A program made the position numbers and the translations under genes. A stretch of 50,575 bases of DNA from Deltaproteobacteria bacterium (GTDB taxonomy: Bacteria; Desulfobacterota; Deferrimicrobia; Deferrimicrobiales; Deferrimicrobiaceae), in assembly GCA_016219515.1 (NCBI GenBank), contig JACRMU010000044.1, positions 1 to 50,575 on the forward strand. Reading direction: 5' to 3'. The notes below the pieces were generated by a model. The model was not told where the DNA came from, did not search any database, and worked only from the letters and a program-made list of their open reading frames with translations. Below, one piece after another: positions 9,459-18,240 of this stretch. Numbering within the stretch: the stretch's first letter is position 1; every line of letters begins with the position of its first letter.

Positions 9459-10040
9459 AGTGCGCGCGAGGCGGCCGGGAGCGCGGAGCGGCGGGCGGCG
9501 GCGCAGCAGGGCGTCCACGGCATGAGATGCGGAGGGGACGACCTCGAACAGCTCGAGGTTCCGCGGAGAAACGGTCCGGGTCTTTACCGCGTTCCGGCAG
9601 AAGGAGAGAATCGCGTCGAACCAGCCGAGCGTGTTGGCGACCACGATCGGGCGGGAGTGCAGCCCGAGCTGCTTCCAGGTGAGGATTTCGAAAAACTCGT
9701 CCATCGTGCCGAACCCGCCGGGGAGCACCGCAAAGGCGTCGGCGAGGCGGCTCATCTCCATTTTCCGCTCATGCATCGATTTCGTGACGATCCTGCGGGT
9801 GAGTCCCTCGTGGGCGAGTTCCTTGGTGCACAGGAACGAAGGGATGACGCCGACGGCTTCTCCTCCCCCCGCCAGGATCCTGTCTGCGAGGACCCCCATC
9901 AAGCCGACGGATCCTCCTCCGTAAACCAGCGATATCTTTTCTTCGACCATCCGGTCGGCGAGCGCAAGCGCGTCCTGCCGGAACGCTTCGGGGACGTGGT
10001 TGCTGGAAGAACTGAACACGCAGAGACGGCGGATCTTCAT
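9456..10040 (-). CDS. LOG family (TIGR00730-type) nucleotide phosphoribohydrolase
   Basis: LVYGGGSVGLMG, GVIP, MHERK, LPGGFGTMDEFFEILTWKQLG. Confidence 0.95.
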   Translation of the reverse strand: MKIRRLCVFSSSSNHVPEAFRQDALALADRMVEEKISLVYGGGSVGLMGVLADRILAGGGEAVGVIPSFLCTKELAHEGLTRRIVTKSMHERKMEMSRLADAFAVLPGGFGTMDEFFEILTWKQLGLHSRPIVVANTLGWFDAILSFCRNAVKTRTVSPRNLELFEVVPSASHAVDALLRRRPPLRAPGRLART

Positions 10041-10089
10041 CCTGCAAACCATACGGCGAATCGATAAAAAATGGAAGTGCAGAAAAAGG

Positions 10090-10119
10090 TTGACATAAAA
10101 GAGACAAAGTAAATACTAT
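10090..10119 (+). promoter_or_regulatory. Sigma70-type promoter of cysK
   Basis: TTGACA-N18-TACTAT in an AT-rich gap; RBS GGGAGG before ATG 10151. Confidence 0.7.
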
Positions 10120-10150
10120 ATACACGATAGACATAATATGGGAGGCCGGC

Positions 10151-11134
10151 ATGACAAACTGGTTCAGGGATAATTCGCTTTCGATAGGGCGGACGCCGCT
10201 GGTGAAATTGAACCGGATCGTCGACGGGGGAGGGGCCACGGTCCTTGGCAAGATCGAGGGGCGCAACCCGTCCTATTCCGTGAAATGCAGGATCGGCGCC
10301 TCGATGGTCTGGGACGCGGAGAGAAGGGGATTGCTGGCCCCCGGCAAGACGATCGTCGAGCCGACCTCCGGCAACACGGGCATCGCCCTCGCCTTCGTGG
10401 CCGCCGCGCGCGGATACGGCATCATCCTGACGATGCCGGAAACGATGAGCATCGAGCGCCGCATGGTCCTGAAGGCGTTCGGCGCGAAACTGGTGCTGAC
10501 CGAGGGAGCCAAGGGAATGAAGGGGGCGATCGAGAAGGCGGAAGAGATCGTCGCCTCCGACCCGGCCAGGCATTTCATCCCCCAGCAGTTCAAGAATCCC
10601 GCGAACCCGAAGGTACACGAAGACACCACGGGGCCGGAGATCTGGGAAGACACCGAGGGCAAGATCGACGTCCTGGTATCCGGCGTCGGCACCGGCGGAA
10701 CGATCACGGGCGTGTCGCGCTACATAAAGAACACGATGGGAAGGAAGATCGTTTCCGTTGCGGTGGAGCCGGTCCACAGCCCGGTGATCACGCAGCGAAT
10801 GAACGGACAGCCGCTGACCCCAGGCCCCCACAAGATCCAGGGGATCGTCGCGGGGTTCATACCCGACGTGCTCGATCTCTCCCTGATCGACCGCGTGGAG
10901 CAGGTGAACAACGACGATTCGATCGAATATGCCCGCAGGCTTGCCAGGGAGGAGGGGATGCTTTCGGGGATTTCCGCCGGCGCCGCGGTTGCCGTGGCCG
11001 TCCGGCTGGCGAAGCTCCCCGAATTCGCCGGGAAGACGATCGTTGCGATCCTGCCGGACGCCGGCGAGCGTTACCTGACGACGGCCCTGTTCGAGGGCTG
11101 GTTCGACAACGAGGCGTCCGCCACGACGATTTGA
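10151..11134 (+). CDS. cysK: Cysteine synthase A
   Basis: [18 protein letters not shown] (PLP lysine), [30 protein letters not shown]. Confidence 0.96.
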   Translation: MTNWFRDNSLSIGRTPLVKLNRIVDGGGATVLGKIEGRNPSYSVKCRIGASMVWDAERRGLLAPGKTIVEPTSGNTGIALAFVAAARGYGIILTMPETMSIERRMVLKAFGAKLVLTEGAKGMKGAIEKAEEIVASDPARHFIPQQFKNPANPKVHEDTTGPEIWEDTEGKIDVLVSGVGTGGTITGVSRYIKNTMGRKIVSVAVEPVHSPVITQRMNGQPLTPGPHKIQGIVAGFIPDVLDLSLIDRVEQVNNDDSIEYARRLAREEGMLSGISAGAAVAVAVRLAKLPEFAGKTIVAILPDAGERYLTTALFEGWFDNEASATTI

Positions 11135-11141
11135 AGCGCCG

Positions 11142-11840
11142 TCACTTCTCGCCGACGTACAGGGTGACGATGCCGAAGGTGAGCGGGCGGGCGTCGACCT
11201 TTGCGCAGCCGGCCCGGCGCATCATCTCCGCGAACTCCGGCGGAGGCGGGAACGTCTGCACCGATTCGGGAAGGTACGCGTAAGCGCTCCGTTTCGAAAG
11301 GAGCCCGCCGATCCGCGGAAGCACCTTCGTGAAATAGAAGCGATAGAGGGCTCCGAAGAGCGTCCCCTCCGGCTGCGAGAACTCCAGGACGACGACGCGG
11401 CCGCCGGGCCGGACCACCCGGCACATCTCCTTGAGCCCCCGCTCGCGGTCCACCACGTTCCGGATCCCGAAGGCGACGGAGGCGGAGTCGAAAACGCCGT
11501 CGCGGAACGGCAGGTCCTCACCGGGGGCGCGCACGAACGCGATCCGGTCCTTTTTCCCCGCGAGGGCGGCTTTTCCCCGGCCGATCCGCATCATTTCCAG
11601 AGAGATGTCCGACCCGACCACGAACGCTTCGCCGCCGTTTCGCCGAAAGATCTCCAAGGCGATGTCGGCCGTTCCCGTGGCCAGGTCGAGGTGCCTGCCG
11701 CCGCGCTCCGGCCGGATCTGCGCCACCGCTTCCCGGCGCCAACGGCGGTCCTGCCGCAGGGAGAGAACCCGGTTGAGCAGGTCGTACCTCGGCGCGATGG
11801 CGGAAAACATATCGCCGATCCTGCGGTTTCGGTCGTTCAT
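11142..11840 (-). CDS. ubiE: UbiE/MenG demethylmenaquinone methyltransferase
   Basis: MFSAIAPRYDLLNRVLS, LDLATGTAD, FGIRNV, RVVRPGG, YAYLPESV. Confidence 0.93.
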   Translation of the reverse strand: MNDRNRRIGDMFSAIAPRYDLLNRVLSLRQDRRWRREAVAQIRPERGGRHLDLATGTADIALEIFRRNGGEAFVVGSDISLEMMRIGRGKAALAGKKDRIAFVRAPGEDLPFRDGVFDSASVAFGIRNVVDRERGLKEMCRVVRPGGRVVVLEFSQPEGTLFGALYRFYFTKVLPRIGGLLSKRSAYAYLPESVQTFPPPPEFAEMMRRAGCAKVDARPLTFGIVTLYVGEK

Positions 11841-11965
11841 CCGGTACAATGAGCACGTCCTGCAGAGGAATTCGAGACGGTTCAGTATACCAGCCTCCCT
11901 TTCGCGGGAAACGGGGGAACTATCCGTCGAGGGACGGGTTTAATCGACTATGGCGGGGGGAAAGG

Positions 11966-11995
11966 TGAATTTTTCGACCCCCTCCTCACGTCTAA
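11966..11995 (+). promoter_or_regulatory. Candidate ECF promoter TGAAT-N18-CGTCTAA
   Basis: Shared motif with 6207 and 7768; ends about 37 nt upstream of ATG 12033. Confidence 0.55.
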
Positions 11996-12032
11996 CAAAC
12001 AAGGGACTCAAGGGGAAGGGAGCCGATAGATC

Positions 12033-13805
12033 ATGAGACGCATATCCGTGCTTCTGGCCGCGATGCTCATCGTGCTTGCCGCGGCGGGGTTGCCGAAACC
12101 GGCGATATCGGCCGAAAGGGACGCCGAGGAAGAGGGATTTTCCGCCTATTCGGTCGCCCGCCTCAAGATTTTCGAGGGAACCGCCTGGGTACGCCAGCCG
12201 GATTCCGGAGAGTGGGAGGAGTACGCCACCAATACCCCGATCCCCGAGCGTTCGCGCGTCAACGTTCCCGAGGGGGCCGAAGCGGAGCTTCAGTTCCACG
12301 GGGGGCAGTACGTGCTGTTGACCGGCGGGTCGGAAGTGGACATCAAGAAGTTCAACGAGGACGGCACTGCGTTCCGGCTCCGGTCGGGTGAGATCCGGTT
12401 CGACCTTCCCGCCGACGACTTTTCGCCGGTGGGCGTGACGGTGCCCGGCGGCGGCAAGGCGAATTTCAGCGTGCCGGGGCGTTACTGGCTGAGCGTCGGG
12501 GATGACGGCGGGACGCGGCTGGTGGTTCGCTCGGGAGAAAGCGACGTCTCCGTCGAACGCGGAAATTTCCACGTGAAGGCCGGGGAAGAGGCGGCGATCG
12601 GGAAGGATGTCCGCGTTTCCGCATACCGGGGAAGAGGCGGTGAAACGGAAGAGGCGCCGCCTCCGATGACGGAAGAGGAGAAAAATGCGGCCGTTCCTCC
12701 CGCAGCGGCATACGAGCTGCGGAACTACGGCGAATGGGTGCATACCAACGATTACGGAACGGTCTGGCGCCCGCGGGTCGTCGCCGGGTGGTCTCCGTAC
12801 TATTACGGGCGCTGGGTGTGGGTGTCGCCCTACGGCTGGACGTGGGTATCGAACGAACCGTGGGGCTGGTACCCGTACCATTACGGATGGTGGGTGAGCG
12901 ACCCGATCTTCGGCTGGTGCTGGTCGCCGTTCCGGTCGTTCGTTTCCGTGAACTTCGTGTTCGGCTCGGCGCGTTTCACCCATTTCCACCGGAACGCGTT
13001 CTTCTTCCCGGCGACCGTGCGCTTCGTGCGCGACGGAGGGTTCGTGAGATGGGTTCCGCTGCGTCCCGGGGAGCGGTTCGTCCGTTCGGGGTTCACCCGA
13101 AGCAACGCGCGGCTTGCGCGCTGGGATCGACCGATACCTCGGGGAACCGTTTTCGTCCGGAGCCCGGCGAAGGACAGGGGAAAGCCGGAGTGGAGGGGGT
13201 GGTCCGCCGCCCAGAGGTCTCGAGGGCAAGTCGTCGTGAGAGAGCGCGATGCGCGGCCGGGCGGGAGCACCGTCGGCCGCGAGGTCCCGCAGGTGCGCGA
13301 GGAGCGCCAGGGCGTCAGGCCGCAGAAGGAGAGAACCCGGCCCGACGGGCAGGAAAAGATGCGGCAGCGCAACCTCGATCGACCGGAACGTTCGCCGCAG
13401 CGAGAGTACCGGGGGAGGGAAGGGCGGTCCGGGGACGGGAGCGCGGCCCCGGGGAGGCCGAGGCAGGACATGGGGACGGTGAATCGGCCGGAACGGGCGC
13501 GCCCGGCCCGGTCACAGGCCGTGACCCCGGCCCGCTCCGAGGTCATGAAGCCGCCGCGACGCGTTGCGCCGACGGGGAGTGAGATGCGGCCGCGCGTGGA
13601 AGCTCCTCCCCCGTATCGGGGAGAGGCGCGTCGCGGAGAGCCGGCGGGCCGGATCGACAGGCCGCGTCCGGGAGGCGATGTTCCCAAGGGAAATATCGCC
13701 CCCGAACGGGGACCGGCGGGGCGGTCCCCGGGGCAGGACTCGGGCCAGGGGAGAGGGAACATCGAGAGAGGGACTCCCGAAAGAGGAGGGGGCGGACGCC
13801 GCTGA
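12033..13805 (+). CDS. Secreted FecR-like domain plus W/Y/G/P-rich (DUF6600-like) domain with an Arg-rich disordered tail
   Basis: Signal peptide; VARLKIFEG...AELQF FecR-like beta region; LRNYGEW...YGTVWRP...GWSPYYYGRWVW...YGWTWVSNEPWGWYPYHYGWW. Confidence 0.85.
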   Translation: MRRISVLLAAMLIVLAAAGLPKPAISAERDAEEEGFSAYSVARLKIFEGTAWVRQPDSGEWEEYATNTPIPERSRVNVPEGAEAELQFHGGQYVLLTGGSEVDIKKFNEDGTAFRLRSGEIRFDLPADDFSPVGVTVPGGGKANFSVPGRYWLSVGDDGGTRLVVRSGESDVSVERGNFHVKAGEEAAIGKDVRVSAYRGRGGETEEAPPPMTEEEKNAAVPPAAAYELRNYGEWVHTNDYGTVWRPRVVAGWSPYYYGRWVWVSPYGWTWVSNEPWGWYPYHYGWWVSDPIFGWCWSPFRSFVSVNFVFGSARFTHFHRNAFFFPATVRFVRDGGFVRWVPLRPGERFVRSGFTRSNARLARWDRPIPRGTVFVRSPAKDRGKPEWRGWSAAQRSRGQVVVRERDARPGGSTVGREVPQVREERQGVRPQKERTRPDGQEKMRQRNLDRPERSPQREYRGREGRSGDGSAAPGRPRQDMGTVNRPERARPARSQAVTPARSEVMKPPRRVAPTGSEMRPRVEAPPPYRGEARRGEPAGRIDRPRPGGDVPKGNIAPERGPAGRSPGQDSGQGRGNIERGTPERGGGGRR

Positions 13806-13865
13806 TACGTCCCCCCCATTTACGGGTTCGCCGTCCCTGACCGGCTCCTTGCCTGTTCGCTTCTT

Positions 13866-13894
13866 GGCAGCGGCCCGGTGAGAAATGCGGATTA
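13866..13894 (-). repeat. Right-end remnant of the family A element
   Basis: GGCAGCGGCCCGGTGAGAAATGCGGATTA matches 152-169 and the reverse complement of 6175-6199. Confidence 0.6.
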
Positions 13895-14191
13895 AGGCGA
13901 CTCCATCGATCCTTTCGCGCTTTCCGGTTCCGCGGGAGTCACGGTCACTTCGATCAGCGTCAGCCACGGGCGGCGGGTGTCGTCGGTCAGGGAAGGAAGG
14001 TCTTCCGGCGATTTACGGGGTTCCTCCGATCGGAGGCTGACGTTCGGGGACTCCGTCATCGGGACACGAACTGCGATTTCGGGGGATGGATCGGGACGTC
14101 CGGCCTGCTTTCCCGGAGCGCAGCCTGCGATCATGCCCATCAGGCCAGGAAGAACCAACGCGAGCAGGAAAATCACGATTTCCCGTCTCAT
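13892..14191 (-). CDS. Putative lipoprotein
   Basis: RBS GGAGGTG; MRREIVIFLLALVLPGLMGMIAG-C lipobox. Confidence 0.7.
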   Translation of the reverse strand: MRREIVIFLLALVLPGLMGMIAGCAPGKQAGRPDPSPEIAVRVPMTESPNVSLRSEEPRKSPEDLPSLTDDTRRPWLTLIEVTVTPAEPESAKGSMESP

Positions 14192-14298
14192 GGCCTTCAC
14201 CTCCGCTCTCTATTTCATTTTACGCCTGTTATCGGGAATGGGGTCCGGTCTGCGTTTCCGGGAAGGGATATAATAGGTGTCGCAGGGAGGTGTGGACG

Positions 14299-14451
14299 GT
14301 GGCGATCGAGGCGGGACCGTTGCTGGCGAGTTTGGTCGATTTCGAGAGCGCCGCGGCGCAGGCTCCCTCCGGGCCTTCCGCCTGCCTCCCCCTGGTTCTG
14401 TGCCTCCTCGGTATTCTGCTGACCTATTTCCTGTCTCTGCGGGGAGAATGA
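14299..14451 (+). CDS. Small (50 aa) protein with a C-terminal TM helix
   Basis: TATAAT at 14269, RBS GGGAGG 8 nt before GTG, hydrophobic LPLVLCLLGILLTYFLSL. Confidence 0.5.
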   Translation: MAIEAGPLLASLVDFESAAAQAPSGPSACLPLVLCLLGILLTYFLSLRGE

Positions 14452-15920
14452 TCCGCCCGCCGTCCCGCGGCTGGTTTCCGCCTGTGAATCCGCAGGGCCA
14501 TCCGTTCCGCTTCTCCGGCGGTACCGACGATTCCCGTCAGCGTGGCGTTCCGCAACGTTTCGAGGACCGTTTCCATCCCCGGACCCGCGGGGATCCCGAT
14601 CTCGATCAGCCGCTTCCCGGAGAGAAGCGCGGGCCGCCGCGCGGCTTCCCTGAGGACGGGGAGAAAATCGAACTCCTCGCGACCCGCCGCCCTGGAGGCC
14701 GCCTCGTAAAGCGCCAATAAAGGTTCCGGCGTTTCCCACCTTGCGAAAATGGCCTCGATGCGTGCATGCCGGTTCCTCATGCGGTCGATTTCGCGGAGGC
14801 GCGCCAGATCCTCCAGCATCCGGACGACGCTTCGGACCTTGGGAAAATGGAGCCGCCGGGCGATGCCTTCGGCGCGGGGAAGACGGAGGAGCAATCCCTC
14901 GCGGCCGCCGGCCGGCTTCGGCACGCCGCCTCCCGTCCTTTTCCGGGCTGCGATCCGGAGGCGCGCGCGGATTTCCGTTTCCGCGAAATCCACGAGCAGG
15001 TTGGCCAGCAGGACATTTTCCGGCATGGGGTGTCCGAGCCGTCGTTCGAGAATCGCGTACCGCCGCTTCATTTTTCCGAGCGCGTCTTTCCGGAGTCCGC
15101 GCACTTCGGGAAGAAGGATCGGCAGGATCCCCGAGCGGCGAAGGTCGTCCACCGTGCGGGCCGGGTCCGCCGAGAGGGAGAGAAGCAGCTCATCGATGAC
15201 GCGCTCCGCCGGGATCGTCCGGAATAGAGCGGGAGCAACGCGGCGGATCGCCGCCCAGGTTTTCTTTTCGATGGAATACCCCGTACGCTCGTTCTTCTGC
15301 CGGATGGCGCGCAGCATCCGCAGAGGATCCTCCCGGAACCGGTCCTCAGCGTTCCCCACTCCCCGGATCCGTTTCCGCCGGAGGTCCGCGAGGCCGCCAT
15401 GGAAGTCCACCACCGTTCCCGTGACCCGGACCGCATCCGCGCGGAAAGCGAAAAGAAGGCTGTTGATCGTGAAATCCCGCCGGCCCGCGTCTTCCCGCGC
15501 GTCGACGTTCCTCGTCCGGAAGCGGAATTCCCGGTGTCCGGGGCCCGTGGAGCGTTCCGCCCTTGCGAGCGCCACGTCGAGTTCCTCCTTCGCCCAGGCG
15601 GTCCGCACCTTGTAGACCGCGAACGCTTTTCCGACGGGAAGGACCCGGAGGATTCCCAGCGGCCGGGAGGGGAGGGATCGAAGAAGTTTGCCCAGTTCTT
15701 CGAAACCGACGCCTGCGACCATCAGGTCGATGTCCTTCCCCGGGCGGCCTTCCGCCAGGTCGCGGACGATTCCCCCCGCGAGATACGGTTTCCCCCCGGC
15801 CTGTTCGACCGCGCGGCAGAACGCCGCAAGGAACCGCCACAGCGGCTTTCGCCGGCGCAGGGCGCGCAAGACCCGGGCGGAAATCTCCTTCGGGACGGGC
15901 ACGGGATCCGATGCGTCCAT
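14424..15920 (-). CDS. cca: Class II tRNA nucleotidyltransferase (CCA-adding enzyme/poly(A) polymerase family), no obvious HD domain
   Basis: YLAGGIVRD, KDIDL, ALARAERSTGPGH, EDAGRRDFTINS, RFREDPLRMLRA. Confidence 0.85.
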   Translation of the reverse strand: MDASDPVPVPKEISARVLRALRRRKPLWRFLAAFCRAVEQAGGKPYLAGGIVRDLAEGRPGKDIDLMVAGVGFEELGKLLRSLPSRPLGILRVLPVGKAFAVYKVRTAWAKEELDVALARAERSTGPGHREFRFRTRNVDAREDAGRRDFTINSLLFAFRADAVRVTGTVVDFHGGLADLRRKRIRGVGNAEDRFREDPLRMLRAIRQKNERTGYSIEKKTWAAIRRVAPALFRTIPAERVIDELLLSLSADPARTVDDLRRSGILPILLPEVRGLRKDALGKMKRRYAILERRLGHPMPENVLLANLLVDFAETEIRARLRIAARKRTGGGVPKPAGGREGLLLRLPRAEGIARRLHFPKVRSVVRMLEDLARLREIDRMRNRHARIEAIFARWETPEPLLALYEAASRAAGREEFDFLPVLREAARRPALLSGKRLIEIGIPAGPGMETVLETLRNATLTGIVGTAGEAERMALRIHRRKPAAGRRADHSPRRDRK

Positions 15921-15926
15921 GATGCT

Positions 15927-16466
15927 CTATAGATATCCTTTTTTCGCGAGGACGGCCACGATCCGGCGGGCCGCTTCCGCGGGCTCTTCGATGTCTCCCC
16001 GGACGACCATGTCCGGACGCAACGGCGGTTCGTACGCCGCCTGGACGCCGGGCACGTTGGGGGCCTTCCCCTCCCTCGCCCTGCGGTAGATCCCCTTGGG
16101 GTCCCTCGCCTCGCACACCGGAAGGGGACAATCGACATGGATTTCCAGGAACCGGGAGATCTCCTGCCGCGCCTTGTTCCTGTAGGCGCGCCGGTTCGCC
16201 GTGGCGTCGAAGATCACCGACACGCCATGCGCGGTCAGGAGCCGCCCGATGTACGCCATCGCTCCGTAGAACGCTTCCCGCTCCGGATCGCCGTACCCCG
16301 GATCCGGCGTGAGAATTTTGCGCAACGCGTCGGATTCCAGGACCGCGACGTTCACGCCCCGGGCGGCGAGCTCTCGCTGAAGGTTCCCCGCGACGGTCGA
16401 TTTGCCCGAGGCGGGAAGGCCCGTCAGCCAGACGGCGAACCCTTCCCTGGCGGATTCCTCACGCAT
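15927..16466 (-). CDS. Adenylyl-sulfate-kinase-like P-loop kinase
   Basis: VWLTGLPASGKST, LESDALR, DATANRRAYR, CEARDPKGIY, YEPP; start overlaps the upstream stop (ATGCGTGA). Confidence 0.85.
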   Translation of the reverse strand: MREESAREGFAVWLTGLPASGKSTVAGNLQRELAARGVNVAVLESDALRKILTPDPGYGDPEREAFYGAMAYIGRLLTAHGVSVIFDATANRRAYRNKARQEISRFLEIHVDCPLPVCEARDPKGIYRRAREGKAPNVPGVQAAYEPPLRPDMVVRGDIEEPAEAARRIVAVLAKKGYL

Positions 16467-17547
16467 CGCAGCAGGCGTTGGCGCGGGCCGGGTCGAAGGA
16501 ACCGGCATCGAGGACCGCCTGGAGGAACGCGAAAATTTTCCTCCGGACGTCCTCGGAGAGGGTGGGGTACCAGACCGGGCTCGCCATGACGAGGCATCGG
16601 AAGGCGTAGAAGGGAGCGGCCACTTCGAGGATCTCCCGATCGCCGCTTTTCTCCAGGTAACGGCTCCAGAACCGGAGGAACAGGGACTCGAAGGCCCCTT
16701 CGAGCCGGCCGCTGCGCTGGAGGGAGTAGAAAAGGTAGTTGCCGGTGAGAGAGGTGACGTCGTCCGCCGGGTCGCCCCACTCCCCGCGGGAGCGGTCCAG
16801 CACGCTGAAATCGGTCCCTTCGCGGAACAGGATGTTGTAGGGATGGAAGTCCCCGTGGACCCGGCGCAGCCGGTGGGTGCGCCCCTTCAGGCGCCAACGC
16901 CATTCCACGCAGCGCCGCTCGATCGCCGTCAGCAGGTCCGCGGTGATGAATCCGTGCCGGGGCGGGTAACTGTCCATGAGGCCCATGATGCACTCCCCGT
17001 GGCCCAGGAGCTCCCGGATCCGCCGGACATACAGGCCGGGCTCGGTCCCCCGAAGCCGGTGAACGTCGACCAGGTAGTCGCAAAGGGCGTCCGCCCGGGC
17101 CAGGTAGAGGTCCGAGAGCGCTCCTCCCGCCTGCAGGCGCGCCAGGTCGTGGATATACCCCTTTCCCTCCACGTACTCCGTGAGCAGAAAGAACTCCTCC
17201 GCTTTCCCGAGGGAGAGGAGGGACCCCTCGGAGAGGAAGGCCCCCACGTCGAGCGAGCGGGTGTGGCGGGGAAGGCGCCGGAACGCATCGAAGTCCCACA
17301 GGACCATCTGGGCCCGGTCGGACATGTGCTCGTGGCCGAAGGAGCCCGGGGAGATCGTCTCCAGCACGGCTTTATGCTGCTTGCCGCCCGCCTCGTACTC
17401 CACGAGGACCGGCGTTCCGTACCCGTATCCCTTGATGGCGCCGGTGGGGATCTGTTCTCCCAGCAGGGACAGGCGCAGCACCTGTACGGGCATCCCCAGG
17501 AGGGCCGAGAGGTAAGGTTCCAACTTCTCCCGAGAGAGGTCGGGCAT
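16459..17547 (-). CDS. Aminoglycoside phosphotransferase/choline kinase-fold protein
   Basis: LLTEYVEG hinge, HGDFHPYNILF catalytic loop, LDRSRGEWGDPADD. Confidence 0.88.
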   Translation of the reverse strand: MPDLSREKLEPYLSALLGMPVQVLRLSLLGEQIPTGAIKGYGYGTPVLVEYEAGGKQHKAVLETISPGSFGHEHMSDRAQMVLWDFDAFRRLPRHTRSLDVGAFLSEGSLLSLGKAEEFFLLTEYVEGKGYIHDLARLQAGGALSDLYLARADALCDYLVDVHRLRGTEPGLYVRRIRELLGHGECIMGLMDSYPPRHGFITADLLTAIERRCVEWRWRLKGRTHRLRRVHGDFHPYNILFREGTDFSVLDRSRGEWGDPADDVTSLTGNYLFYSLQRSGRLEGAFESLFLRFWSRYLEKSGDREILEVAAPFYAFRCLVMASPVWYPTLSEDVRRKIFAFLQAVLDAGSFDPARANACCDA

Positions 17548-17560
17548 GCCCCCTCCTGTC

Positions 17561-17905
17561 TTATCTGCGGCCGGGCTTGCTTTCCGGGGGGCCCGTGGGG
17601 ATGGGGAAGGGCGTTACGTTCGCCGGAGGCGCGGCGAGGGCGACGATCTTGTTCACCCCCTCCTTTTCCACCTCATCGATCCGTACCACCGCCGGGAGCG
17701 GTATGTAGGTGCGCTTGACGCCGGCGAACTCGGATTTGAGCTTCTCCTCCGAGGGGTCGACGAGAAGCCCTCCGCGGCTGCCGAAGATGATGTCCTCGAC
17801 CTCGACGAACGCGAACAGCGGCCCCTGTCCCACCTTGCGGGCGTAGAGCTCGTACAGGTTCCCCTGGTTCTGGAAAAGGACGCGGTAGATGGCTCTCGGT
17901 TTCAT
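17561..17905 (-). CDS. DUF1820 family protein
   Basis: IYRVLFQNQG..YELYAR, FVEVE, VDPSEEKLKSEFAGVKRTYIP, RIDEVEKEG. Confidence 0.85.
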   Translation of the reverse strand: MKPRAIYRVLFQNQGNLYELYARKVGQGPLFAFVEVEDIIFGSRGGLLVDPSEEKLKSEFAGVKRTYIPLPAVVRIDEVEKEGVNKIVALAAPPANVTPFPIPTGPPESKPGRR

Positions 17906-18062
17906 GGCGCCGGCCTCGGAGAATTGACGACAGGAAAAGTATATCAACCTTCACGGTTCGGAACGCGAGGTTTCTGCAAGGCGGTTCCGGATCGCGGCGG
18001 GAGACCGGCCGTCCCGAAAATCCGTGAGATAATGAATCCATCGGGAATGCAAGGAGGAATCC

Positions 18063-18212
18063 ATGCAGATCAATGTCCGCGAGAGGGTAACCGAATCGTT
18101 CCTGATCCTGGTGATGTTCCTGATATTCCAGTTCCTGTGAGTGACCGAAGAGGCCTGGCCGGCCGTGCCGCCGGCCCCGGAAGGTTCCGTGGTCGTGAAC
18201 ACCGGTCGCTGA
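18063..18212 (+). CDS. Unannotated small hydrophobic peptide: 25 aa, or 49 aa if the in-frame TGA at 18138 is read through
   Basis: RBS AAGGAGG at 18051; MQINVRERVTESFLILVMFLIFQFL*VTEEAWPAVPPAPEGSVVVNTGR*; followed by a terminator. Confidence 0.5.
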
Positions 18213-18240
18213 ACCGGGACGGGAGGTATATTTCGAAGAA

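Noticed and set aside
10841-10858. cysK GIVAG instead of the conserved GIGAG
   Set aside because: Single-base difference (GGC to GTC) in an error-prone assembly; cannot be interpreted without reads.
15927-16466. Assigning the symbol cysC and a sulfate assimilation role
   Set aside because: The DATANRR motif differs from typical CysC and no cysDN/sat/cysH genes are nearby, so it is left as CysC-like.
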